The position numbers were made by a program, and so were the translations under genes. A stretch of 64,000 bases of DNA. It comes from Macrostomum lignano. Taxonomy: Eukaryota. This document shows, one piece after another, positions 12,201 through 24,400 of the stretch (its first letter is position 1; each line of letters begins with the position of its first letter). The notes under the pieces are model-generated. The model had not been told where the DNA came from. It ran no database searches and saw nothing but the letters and a program-made list of their open reading frames with translations. The stretch lies in assembly GCA_002269645.1 (NCBI GenBank), contig NIVC01001839.1:215595-279594 (forward strand). The letters run 5' to 3'.

Positions 12201-13858
12201 GCTAGCGCTAGGAATCGTTCGGCTCATAGGTGCGTGTCTCTAATCTGTGTGTAGCTATGCAAGTAGACCTATGTATCTGAAATGCTCATTTAGCTGTCAC
12301 GATGCCGCAATAATTCCCCCAATTTTTCTCCACGATACTGCGATAAACCCCCTAATTATTCTCCCCGATGCCGCAATAACTCCCCCAATTATTCTCCACG
12401 ATGCCGCAATAATTCCCCTATTTATTCTCCACGATACTGCGAAAATTCCCCCAATTATTCTTCACGATGCCGCAATAATTCCCCCAATTATTCTCCACGA
12501 TGCCGCAATAATTCCCTTATTTATTCTCCACGATACTGCGATAATTCCCCAAGTTATTCTCCACGATGCCGCAATAATTCCCCTATTTATTCTCCACGAT
12601 ACTGCGATAATTCCCCTAATTATTCTCCACGATGCCGCAATAATTCCCCTATTTATTCTCCACGATACTGCGATAATTCCCCCAATTATTCTCCACGATG
12701 CCGCAATAATTCCCCCAATTATTCTCCACGATAATTCCCCCAATTATTCTCCACGATGCCGCAATAATTCCCCCAATTATTCTCCACGATGCCGCAATAA
12801 TTCCCCTATTATTCTCTACGATAATTCCCCCAATTATTCTCCACGATGCCGCAATAATTCCCCTATTTATTCTCCACGATAATTCCCCCATTTATTATCC
12901 ACGATACTGCGATAATTCCCCAATAATTATCCACGATGCCGCGATAATTCCCCCAATTATTCTCCACAGTGTTCTGCATTACCTACAATTGTAAACCAAC
13001 ACTAAATAAAAAAATGTACATCAGCCTACTAGTTAGTAGCAACTTTCGTTTTTTTCTACCTTTAAAATTACTGTTATTTACAGACGGAGCTACCGTTTCT
13101 ACGACGTGGACCAGGGCTCGCAGGCCAACGGTTCAGCAGCTGCTGGAGGCGATAACGGCGGCGGCGGCAATGGCGGAGGTCACAGCAGCAGCGGTCGGCA
13201 CCAGCGTCGAGGTAGCGCTGCCGGAGGCGGTGGCGGCGGTGGCAGTCGGTCGGCGGCTGACCGATTCTATGACGAATGCGAGTACGAGCGCCGGCTGAGG
13301 AAGCGCCGGGCGCGCCTGGTCACAGCCGCTGAAGAGGCATTCGCGCACGTGCGCCGGGCCACGAACTCCGAGCTGATGGGTCCGCAGCACCTGCCGCAGC
13401 ACATGTCCCAGCAGCAGCAACAGCCGATTGGCAAACCAATGAGCGCCTACGAAGCCGCTCAAACCGTGTTTCCAACAATGCTACGCGCTCTGCAGAAATA
13501 TTTGCGCATTACAAAGCAACAGCCGCGCTATACTACTGACATGGTGCTGCACCATCTGACCAACTGCATTCACTACGGACTGTCCGCTAAAGCGTTTATT
13601 GAACGCTACCTGACCCAGGGCCCCGTGGTGGAGGACCCTCGCGCTCCGGCTGGGCGCAAGCGTCAGACCTGGACTCTGCTATGCGACTGCATGCCGTCCA
13701 GATCGCTAGACGATGGCGTTCAATTCTGCCTGCGCCAAGGCGATGTGAGCCTGTTCTGCACAGTGAAGAGAATACCGTTCTTCAGCCTAGGCGAGGAAGT
13801 ATTCGACAACAAGCGGCACAAATTCGTGCTCCGTCTGAATTCGGAGACTTCGGTTTGA
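9263..13858 (+). CDS. vang: Van Gogh/Strabismus planar cell polarity protein; join(9263..9901,10340..10662,12053..12229,13084..13858), 637 aa
   Basis: N-terminal Ser cluster MDVESMHSARS, DDNWGETNTALTG, four TM segments (WLFYGVRV, ALLFVHYLGVVLLEIRHLQ), LSIQRAAV, YERRLRKRRARLV, C-terminal PDZ-binding ETSV*. All junctions GT-AG and frame-consistent (phases 0,2,2). Confidence 0.97.
9995..10320. repeat. 23 bp minisatellite (TTCACTGTGATGATTGCCCCTGA)n in Vang intron 1
   Basis: About 13 diverged copies running almost to the acceptor at 10339. Confidence 0.85.
10725..11955. repeat. 27 bp minisatellite (CTGAGAATCGCCCCTAATCCAGCCAAC)n in Vang intron 2
   Basis: About 45 copies; source of the spurious LRIAPNPAN ORFs. 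Confidence 0.95.
12295..12968. repeat. 33 bp minisatellite (CACGATGCCGCAATAATTCCCCCAATTATTCTC)n in Vang intron 3
   Basis: About 20 copies, some internally deleted. Confidence 0.93.
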
Positions 13859-15429
13859 AAAAAAAACCGCAACAGACTTGCTGCGCGACCAGTTTTTTTT
13901 GTTCGTTTGTTCAAAATTAAGACGCGAAAAGCCTCGCTACACTACTAGTATAGCAAGCGCAGATGATTTTAGCGAGTAGCGCTAGAAGCATTTTTCGCCG
14001 GTATGTTGAAATTCAAGTCAAAATCAATAAACGAAACCAGTCTAAAGCAAAATGACAACGAATAATGATCTGTTTCTCTCGTCAAGTTCTGTTATATGTG
14101 CTTTGGTTTTTTTCAACAATGCTGCATGAAATTCTCTATATATTGTCTGGCTTTGCTAATAATTTGTAAACTGACGTTAGACTTACCGGTTTTGTTATTC
14201 TGTATTGACGAATAAATTTTTGCTTTTTCTGCTTCTGCGCCTGCCATGGTTGCCCAATTGGTTTTCATTCATTGCTTTTTAATGCAAACAAAAAATTGTA
14301 CTGGATAAAAATAAATCTAAAATTATTCTCTAGGTTCATTTTCTTTTTCGATTTTTGTTATAATACTGCCCTTGTAGTAACTTATAATATTGTTTTAATA
14401 CTTTGCTTGCATCAGCTATATTAATCATATTTGTTCTCTGTTTTAGAAAATTAGTCAACTGCGCGTGTGTAAAAACAAATTTTTAGTATATTTTGATGAT
14501 GAATAAACTTACTATAAAAAGACTAGTATTAGTATTATTGTGATGTAAAAGTAAAAATGTAAATATTATTTTCGCACGAAAGATATAATCATTGGATTCG
14601 TGCGTTTTTATATCTTTTATAATAATAGTCAAAATCTTTATTGCTACTATAAAATAGTAGCAGCATCTGTTCATGCTTGGATTAAATTAATATTAATTGT
14701 TTATCCTGATGCTTTTGTACCGACTTGTCTATATAGTATTAAGATATGAATTTGTAATGCTTTAAGGTAGCCTAATTTTATTATTTTATGCTTTACTATG
14801 CTATCAAAAATTTGCTCTGTTTGTTGTTCTCAAAGCTTTTAGAGTTTTCCTCGCAAATTATTTAGCTAAACACGACACCTGAATTTGGTGTGGAACCAGC
14901 TTTTTAATAATCCTGTTTATAAATGTTTTTATTACTTTAAGTAGTTTACGAAGCTACTGTTCAAATACAGTTTATTTTGCAGACAGTCTAATATTGTGTT
15001 TTATTGCAGTTAATAATGTGTGTCTGACTTTAATAAATGATATTCTTTAATAATATTGTTTTAGTTTACTGTTAGATTGCTACTAGTACTATATGCGAAT
15101 AGCTTACGATTTATAAGCATGGCTAATTTGCGAGTTGGCTCCTGTCAAAAAAAGTAATTTTTTATCCTGTGCAATCTTGTCATTTAAAATGGCCTGGTTT
15201 CATATAAACAAATACAGTTTTATAGTTGCTTGTTGCTATACTAGAATTGTGAATGAGTGATGCTTTATTATGAATTTCACTTTTCTTTAGTGTTTTAGTG
15301 TTTCTTATTTTTTGTCTTAGGTGTCTAACTAATTTAAGATAGCCCGCCTACTTGAACTATCGTAATTAGCAATCCCCAAACTATTATTAGGATAATTATT
15401 CGCTTTACTGATCAATTTATTACAACTAG

Positions 15430-16090
15430 GCAGGTGGCGCACTTTAATCGGCATTGTCACACAACCGGCGAGAGGCCAACTCGCCTGAGCAGGCACACAA
15501 GGAGCCTCTTCACGGCAATCGGTTCTAGAACCAGAATAAATTCGAGTTCTAGAACCAGGACCAGTGTGAAATGAGGAGCTTCGAACCCATTTTATGTTTG
15601 ACAGTCTTTACAATTTAATTTTGTCGTTCTTTGACTTTGTTTCCTCTTGGATATGACAAAAAAGGAATAATTATATAACAATAATAAAAAATTGACGATT
15701 TCAAATATATTTTACTGTTAAAGTGTAAACATGACAACGGTTCGAGAAAATTTCTCGAACCATATTCTAGAACCAGAACCATGTTCCGGAACTGATTCTG
15801 TTTTTCGAACCATCGATATGAAGAGCGTCGAACCGGTTCGGAACCGGTTCCGTTTTTCGAACCGGCGATATGAAGAGGCTCAAGCACTAATGTACGCATT
15901 CATACGCACAGGCACACAGGAGTTTCAGCGGCCCTAACTTTATTAACCGTTAGGCATTTACACTCCATTGTGCCTTGGAGGTTGGCCTTGCACGAGCAGA
16001 GTCAAGTCGAGATTCCATAATTAATGTAATTACACTTGGAATCGAGCCTGGGCTTGCTGGCACAAGAACGCCGCCCTAGACCTCAAACTG
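15430..16090 (-). mobile_element. Probable tRNA-derived SINE interrupted by a MITE
   Basis: Minus-strand head GAGGTCTAGGGCG ... GGCTCGATTCC (A/B-box-like) at 16085-16038; body interrupted by the insertion at 15502..15881. Confidence 0.4.
15502..15881. mobile_element. Palindrome-rich MITE with 11-bp TIR and 3-bp TSD
   Basis: GAGCCTCTTCA (15502-15512) and TGAAGAGGCTC (15871-15881), AAG on both sides; internal GGTTC/GAACC motifs and hairpin GGTTCGAGAAA-A-TTTCTCGAACC. Confidence 0.7.
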
Positions 16091-16442
16091 TATCCTGAGT
16101 CGCAATTGTTAACTTTGGAAGTACGAAAACTTATTTCGTCGTATTCATAAAGTATGAAATTTTCATTAAGGCTAATTTCATTTCACTATGGAGTTTCTGG
16201 TACTCGATAAAAAATCAATCATTCGGCTCGGCGGATGATTGTACTGCATATGCGGTTGTTTATTGCATCAACAAATGTAGAGACGAGTATGGGTAATTAA
16301 TTCTAACTATTTAAAATTCTAAAATACGCAACAATAAAAATAAGGTATGTAGTATGGAATACAATACAAACATTCGTTTTGCAAGTTTAAGGCGGTAGAA
16401 GTTGTTTTATTGCAAATGTATTTAAATTTTCTTTTTTCTTTG

Positions 16443-16823
16443 GGGTCTCCCTAAAACACGCACCGCACCGCCCCGAACCGCTACACATTATAACATTTTT
16501 TGTCAATGCAGTATTTGATTGCAAGGAAAACTATTTGTTGTAAGAGTAATGGAATAAATATCTTTAATTATTATTATAAATATTGTTATTATTTTTTATA
16601 TTCTCGTTTTGATTATTAAATTATATTATTATTACTTTATTAATATTATTATTAATATCACTTATTATTCACTGAATTTTATATTTCAAATTAAAAAAAC
16701 TAAATTTGATAAAAGCTTTGAAGCTTAACAGAAAACGCACTTTTTTAGTGTCTTCAGTTATAGTCCAATTTGTTTTAATGTGTAGCGCTGCAGGGCGGTG
16801 CGGGGCGTGTTTTAGGGAGACCC
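16443..16823. mobile_element. hAT-type MITE (8-bp TSD)
   Basis: About 48-bp imperfect TIR starting GGGTCTCCCTAAAACACG; exact 8-bp TSD TTTCTTTG at 16435-16442 and 16824-16831; AT-rich interior. Confidence 0.85.
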
Positions 16824-17924
16824 TTTCTTTGACATCGTTACACACGCGCGGCGGCAATCTTCTGTAGACTTGGTGCGTGACACTGCGTCCTGCGTGTAGT
16901 GTGCGTGCGTGGGCTCACTCTGAGCCTGCATGTATACTGGCTTTTCTGGCTTGATTGATTACGTATACAAGCACTAGCAGTAGCTACTAAGTAAATACTA
17001 TTTTACTGGGCTTTAAACTAGCTATTTATAAGGCAAGGCAGTAGGCTGGAAAATAATTTACTTAATAATTTAGGCTGGATAAGTGGGGGTCCTATTACTT
17101 GACAATATAAATGCAAAAGGCAAACGTAAAAAATACATTAACAAACGTTTTTAGACAGTTGTTATAATATTTTTATATTATAGGCCTAGTTGTTATTTTT
17201 GAAACTTTGCATTTACACTAACTGATTTACACACTTACATTAAGTGGTGATTTAATTATTTTTACAGTCAAAACATAAAACAAATACCATCTAAATTAAG
17301 TGACGAAATTACAATGCAAATAATAACAGGTGCTTAAATTTTGAAAATTAAAATAACTATTTTGTTATTTTTGCAGTCACCATATTAGCCTAAGCAAGTT
17401 TTTATTACTTGACCAATTTTCAAAAGTAGCTAGCACGTATCTAAGATTTAAGATTTAAGATTTATTAAATACCATAGTTTTGATTGTGTATTAGTGCAGG
17501 CAAGGTCCAGTGTGGGAAAAACACAGGACTTCATTTGGGGTTACAATCATTTTGGGGCTTGGCAAAAAGACCTTTTGGCAAAGGGCATTTTGGCAAAAGT
17601 TAGATACCTTATTATTAGTCATTTCGGCAAAAGGGGTATACAAATGCTGAACAGCACTATGGCAGGAACCTTAGAATTCATTGACTAACCAAATTTACAC
17701 TTGATGAATTGTGACAATGGTATTGTATATAGCAGTATGTTTAAACTGCATATATACTACGGTTACTACCTATAGTATTTCTATTATCTAAGGTTATTTC
17801 TTTGCGTAAATAACAGGGGTGTTTCCTGTATACTAAGAATTCTACCTCTGACACCAAAGTTGTCTTAAGTATGTCTTTAATTCCTCTATTAAGCCACCAA
17901 AGTTGGGCCTTTTCATAATACCAA

Positions 17925-18141
17925 TTCCAGAACCAGAATCGGTTCGGAATTCCAAGAAAAACAGCAGTATAACTATTAAACTCTTAATATTTGACTGCCT
18001 TAACAACCTAACTTAGCACAATTTTTCACTTTCTTCTTGGCAATTGTCATTCAATAATAAAAACTTTATAGCACGTATCTCCCTCTGGTCTAGTTATGGA
18101 GACAAAAAGTTATACTTCACAAATTGGTTCTGGTTCTGGAA
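17925..18141. mobile_element. Small inverted-repeat element related to the GAACC/GGTTC family
   Basis: TTCCAGAACCAGAA (17925-17938) with exact inverted copy at 18128-18141; TSD not evident. Confidence 0.45.
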
Positions 18142-21100
18142 CCAGAGCAAGCAATATGAAAAGGCCTGTTGTTGTAGGGCACTTTCTTTAATAATAATAT
18201 CCCAATTGCTGATACCAACTTATAATAGTGCTCTTTGTTCTCTTTTTTATAAATCTTACTGATGTCACCAAAGTTGTTACAAGGCTAAACCTCTCTATAT
18301 AATCCAGGGTCAGGATTGTGTACCATTGTACGCCGGAACAAAAATTGCTTCCGTAGCTCATGCATGCCAATGTATGCCAACAAACTTTTTATCACATACA
18401 AAAAGATGCCAAAAGTTACAAATTACAACTAATATTAAAACTTGCAAAATATTAATATTTGAACAACTTATGTGGTAAAACTAAAAATCTTTTTACTAAA
18501 CTGTAGAGAACTAGTTCATTTTAACTATTTTTGTTTTACTTTTACTTTCCTAGAATAGTTAAACCCAGTTTTTTAAATTTAGTTTTCCATTTTTTTGTAA
18601 AGGGCTGGCTATTCTTTCTGATCAAAATTTTGCTACTATAACTATGTACATGGAGACAATGCCAAAGGCAAACTTAATCATTTTTGTATGCTAATTATAT
18701 AGATTGATTGTTGGGACTCGGAACTTTTGGTCCCACCTGCTGGTCTTGGCAATAATCTCTATATACCAAGCTGTACGCCAAGAGGGCATGCCAGGCGCCT
18801 TTGTACGCCAAGTTGTATGCCAATGTGTAATCTAGGTCCCTCTATATGCCAGCAAATTCCGGCGTACATGTATACCATTCGGAGTCTGGTATATAATTCT
18901 ATTGGAAAGGCTATTAAGTTGTTATAGGGGTTAACTTCTGTCTTTTATTAAATGTTCTAATACTAGTAGCTGCTACCAAGACTATTATATTTTGAAATTA
19001 TATTTCATAGAATAAGTCTGAGAATGTTTTTTAGAATTAGTCAGAGTACTTTTCTAAGCATAGGTCTAAGTAGTGGTCTGAGTATTATTCTTAGTATTGT
19101 TCTCAATATATTAGTTGTGTTCTTTTGTTATTCTTGCCTGAGCGATATTTTGGTCTACTTTGATGTACTTTGTATTTCCAATCCTAGGCATTACTGAGAT
19201 CAGAGAGAGGGTCATAGCCTTCATAGTTCTCTGTGTATTGCTAGGTTCTACCTTGTATTCTTCTACTTATCACTTCTAGTTCTAGTTCTCAGTAGTATAT
19301 ACAGTATGTGCTTCCTTCTACTTTACTTCTCTTAGTAAAATGAATTAACACAGAGAATAGTCTTTGAGTATGTTTGCTTAGATAACTTCTTCAATTGCTT
19401 ATTAAATGCCTTTCTTACAAACTGCGGTGAAGGCAAGTTGTTCTCTTCTCTGCTATGTTACAACAAGAAGTGTTTCTTAGTTTTAGCACAAATTCGAAAT
19501 ATAATGTACAGTTATTAAACTTGTAAAAAGAACTAGGGGGGCCTTGCATACGTATTGTAATTTGTATAGACAATATATAAGTACACAAGTATTAGTTTCA
19601 GATATTATATTTGTTTAAATGTAACCATCAAAGGTTAATATCATATAAATGTGAATGTATAAATATGTACATTGAAGCACTATATTGCAACCATGCATAT
19701 ACATAGATGTATAGTTTTTATAATGCTTGCTTCCAATCTATTTACATGTTTGAATCATCACATGTATGAATACTACATGTACAATATATATGATATATAT
19801 GTATTAAATTTACTAAATTGGCTTTGGTTAAATTAGTTTTTGATTAAATTGATTCTCAATTAGACTTTGTTTACACCAGGTACAATTTTAAATTCTGATA
19901 TATCAGTTTGATCAGCCACTTTTACTGTGTCCACTTTTGTAATAGCTTCTACCCACTTTCTTTCCAAAACCAAAGGTTTTCATTAAATAGTCATTTGGTC
20001 AAATAGGCCTAGTCCTATTAAAAAGATGTGTGCATAATTTCCAATTCAAATTAAAGTAAATATTCTACTCTAGATGAGTTGCTTATAATTTGATGACTTG
20101 ATAAAATAAGTCAGTATTGGAAAGAAGTATACTTTTTATTTAAAGTGAAGTGTTTCTAAAAAACAAATTAAACTAAAGGGAACCATGATAAGTATTCATA
20201 AATACTCAATTATTCTTTTTGCACTTACTTTACACTTTTATTTTTAACATGTAACTTTAATTTAAATTTAAAATCATATGCATCTACTTCCCGCTATTTG
20301 AGTATTTGACAAAATGGCAAAATGACTATTTGACAAAAAATTTTTGACAAAATGTCTTAAAATTGAAACAACCTAATATTACTATTTACCAAATTGAATA
20401 TAATGTTACCAAGTGGGCATACATTGTTACCTAAGTGAGCTATATCCATTGTTAGACCTCATGGCCATTGCCCTACCATAGGCCCCTAGTCAAGAAAATG
20501 GCCTGTGGCATGAAAATTTTATTATGTAAAAATTGTCAAAAAGGGCATCTGTCCTCTGATAGACTTGGCAAATAATCTAAATATACTAAATCTAATACAC
20601 TAAATCTCTAAGGTTTGAATGCTTACCATTGTAATGTAGCTTGTATACTAAAGTCATTAATAATGGACTTGATAATAATATACAAATTAGCTAGGCTAAT
20701 GTAAGTTAGCATAAATTCTGAGAATTATATGAATATAATATTTATGCAAGGTAGTGCTTATTGTCATGGTTTATCAAAATAATATCAATATTATCCACAT
20801 AGTGCCATACTAATAATTTCCTACTTATTTGCATACCAGCTAAATTATAATATATATAGTGTTATATTAAAATGTTGTAACATAATAAGCTATAATGTTG
20901 ATATCTAATGTCAATAAACTATTGATATTATTTGTATGCATATGCCTATAAGGACTTCTTCAAGTTTAGATGTATAGAATAAATATTTCCAGTTTTAATT
21001 AGATCTTGATTATGTTTTATATAAATCTTTTTTATCCTTAGCATAGTAATTATGTAACAAAATAGATTTTACCTAGGCTTACAATAGTTAAAGCATTTAG

Positions 21101-21417
21101 ACAAATCAAACTAGGCTAGGCTTTTTAAAAAAGTATGACGTATATTAGCCTAGGCTCTAATATATAACAGTAGCCTTGATTTTTGTTTCTAAAAATAGAC
21201 AATTTTACATGTTATTGCTTCTTTTATAGCTTATCTAAATTATTTTGTATAAGTTATAGGCCATTAGAAAATAGTAGCTAAATTTATTAATTTACAAGAA
21301 TTTTTTAGGATGTTTTCTTCTATTGTGTGAGTTTATGTAGTATAGTGGCTAATTTATTAACAACGAAGGCTCATTCAGACAATTTGTAGCAATCTCTTAT
21401 TGGCCATTCCAGCACTA

Positions 21418-21434
21418 ACCAGTTAACCCAGTAA
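21418..21434 (+). promoter_or_regulatory. 3' splice acceptor (branch-like CACTAAC at 21413-21419, CCCAG at 21427-21431) directly upstream of the UTP20 start codon
   Basis: CACTAACCAGTTAACCCAG|TAAATG; could end a 5' UTR intron or be an SL trans-splice acceptor. Confidence 0.4.
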
Positions 21435-24400
21435 ATGGAAGAAGAAGAGGTTTTATCTAAAAAGCAAAGGAACACCTTTAAGGTAAATTATTTGCTTTTT
21501 TCTGAACGACTTTCTAAGTGATACATTTATCTCTTTTTTAAAATAAACAAACTGCAAATTTACCTCATAAATTATTGAAACAGTTCCAAGGCTTCAATGA
21601 GCACAAGGAGAGGATTAAGTTAGCCTTATTGCGCAACCAGCTCTTTCCAATTAAGGTAAAGTCAAAATATTTTACTTGTATTTTCTACATGCTTCGAAGC
21701 TTAACAAAATTTTACTTTGCAATGTCTTAATGATTTTTAGCTTGACTCTGATACAGACACCAAGTGCGCTGCAGCATTGGAAAAGTGGACAGAATTAAAT
21801 TCTACTACTGAATATGGTAAGTAGTACATCCAGATATTATCGGTTATGTATTTAATATTAACTAGAAACCTGTGTGCACTTTGGACCCTTTGAAAATTTT
21901 AGTTGCCTTTCGCCGCGACGTGGAGGTCTTTGTCCAATCTTTGGAGATACTTGTTCTACACAAGGTGAGATAAACAGCATATTTAAAAACTAAGTTCCTT
22001 TATAATAAGAATTTTACCATTTAGATACTAATTTTTTAAATGTACTTTTTTAGGATGACGTCATCGCTACATTTAAAGAGGCCTTGCAGAACAGTAGCAT
22101 CGAATCGTTGCAGCCAATTATGGAGTGAGTATACTTAAAAATTTATGATTTTTTCGTGTTTTTGAGTCTTATTAACATCAAGTTCACTTTCACGTCCCTA
22201 AGTATTCACATTACCATCCCATTCACCCACATTGCCTCATTCACCCACTCAATATTCACATTAGCATCGGATTCACCCAACCACCCACCCACGATTCACA
22301 TTAGCATCGCATTCACCCACACAACCACCCACCATTCACATTGGCATCGCATTCACCCACCCAACCACCCACCATTCACATTGGCATCGCATTCATTTAC
22401 CCAACCACCCACGATTCACATTAGCATCGCATTCACCGACACAACCACCCACGATTCACATTAGCATCGCATTCACCCACACAACCACCCACCATTCACA
22501 TTGGCATCGCATTCACCCACCCAACCACCCACCATTCACATTGGCATCGCATTCATTTACCCAACCACCCACGATTCACATTAGCATCGCATTCACCGAC
22601 ACAACCACCCATCATTCACATTAGCATCGCATTCACCCACCCAACCACCCACCATTCACATTGGCATCGCATTCACCCACCCAACCACCCACCATTTACA
22701 TTGGCATCGCATTCACCCACCCAACCACCCACCATTCACATTGGCATCGCATTCACCCACCCAACCACCTACCATTCACATTGGCATCGCATTCATTTAC
22801 CCAACCACCCACGATTCACATTAGCATCGCATTCACCGACACAACCACCCACGATTCACATTAGCATCGCATTCACCCACACAACCACCCACCATTCACA
22901 TTGGCATCGCATTCACCCACCCAACCACCCACCATTCACATTGGCATCGCATTCATTTACCCAACCACCCACGATTCACATTAGCATCGCATTCACCGAC
23001 ACAACCACCCATCATTCACATTAGCATCGCATTCACCCACCCACCCACCCACCATTCACATTGGCATCGCATTCACCCACCCAACCACCCACCATTTACA
23101 TTGGCATCGCATTCACCCACCCAACCACCCACCATTCACATTGGCATCGCATTCACGCACACAACCACCCACCATTTACATAGGCATCGCATTCACCCAC
23201 CCACCCACAATTCACATTGGCATCGCATTCACCCACCCGCAGATTCGGCGTGGCCCTCTGCTTTGACCTTAGCGAAGCGATGCAGTGGGAATTCGGCAGC
23301 CTCGTGAGCATCTACACGGGCTTGTTGAGCCGCCACTCCGCGGCCAGCAGTCACCAGGCTCTCGAGCATGCGTTCACCGGCATCTCCTACACTCTGTACG
23401 CTTTACGTCGTCAACTGCGTCGACAACCGGACGAAGCAGCCATCCAATTGAAACCGTTGCTATTGGCTGGCGGTCACGTGACTGAATTAGCGGCCGAATC
23501 GTTTGCATTTTTATTGCGCAAATTGCCGAATCAATCTAATCAACTGACCGCTAGACTGTTGGACTTATTAGCTAGCTGGTTGGACAGTGCTGCAGCGTCC
23601 GATGATGCAGATCTGATGACGGAAGCTGTATCAGGCACTGTTTTCTATTGGCTTCGGGGCGCGGCTGGTCAGTTAGCTGCCGGACAATTCCAAACTGTCT
23701 ATCCGAGACTTATAGACTGGCTGATTGTCAATCAGGAGCTTCCCGCGACTAGAGAGATCCGTCTACGCTGCTTGACACTGGTGCATGTTCGCTTGTTGCG
23801 TCACGCTCGTCGAGGCGATAACAGCGACGCCGCTATCGAACCTATTCGCCGACAATTGCTAGACAGGCTAGCCGGCGGTTCAGCTTCCGACGCTGCCGAA
23901 CTAGTTGCTAGGCTGTTGCTAGGCGAATTCGATTGTTATTCGAAGAAAAATCGGCGTCAAGCTTTAGTATTGTCGCAGGCTTTGATTGGTGGAAAAGGCG
24001 ACCCAGAGCGATGGTGTCGATGTATTGAAAAGTTGTCGAACAACCAATCGACCTGGTCGAAATCTGTCGCTCGTCTGACTGCCGGCCTTACTCGATATTT
24101 TTGTCAGAGCAGCGACGGCACAAGCAAAATCACTGTTGATCATTGTCTTGAAGACAATTTCTGTCAGCGTCTGTTTCGTTGCTGTCGATTGTCGACCTGG
24201 ACGCTACCAGGTGTCGATGCCGACAATAGTGAAATTTGGCGTCGTAGATTTGAATTTGTTCAGCTGGTTGGCGGCGCCGGAGTCGGAGATGAAGCCGGTA
24301 GCGACAGTGGCAGTCTTGGCAGGCGCTTCCTGCGGTTGGCCTTGCCGATGCTAGCTGAGGCCGTTTGTCTCGGTGGCGCGGAAGCTTTCGAGCAACTCGG

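Noticed and set aside
10798-12891. Long ORFs LRIAPNP / AILRLGG / ILHDAAII
   Set aside because: Translations of intronic 27- and 33-bp minisatellites; open only because the unit length is a multiple of three.
18300-18893. Degenerate inverted repeat (TGTACGCCGGAA / TTCCGGCGTACA)
   Set aside because: Only 12 bp perfect and no clear TSD; probably an old TIR element but not supportable.
19060-19480. Possible decayed LINE ORF2 remnant on the minus strand
   Set aside because: Only a vague WKYKVHQSRPK resemblance with many stops; needs a profile search.
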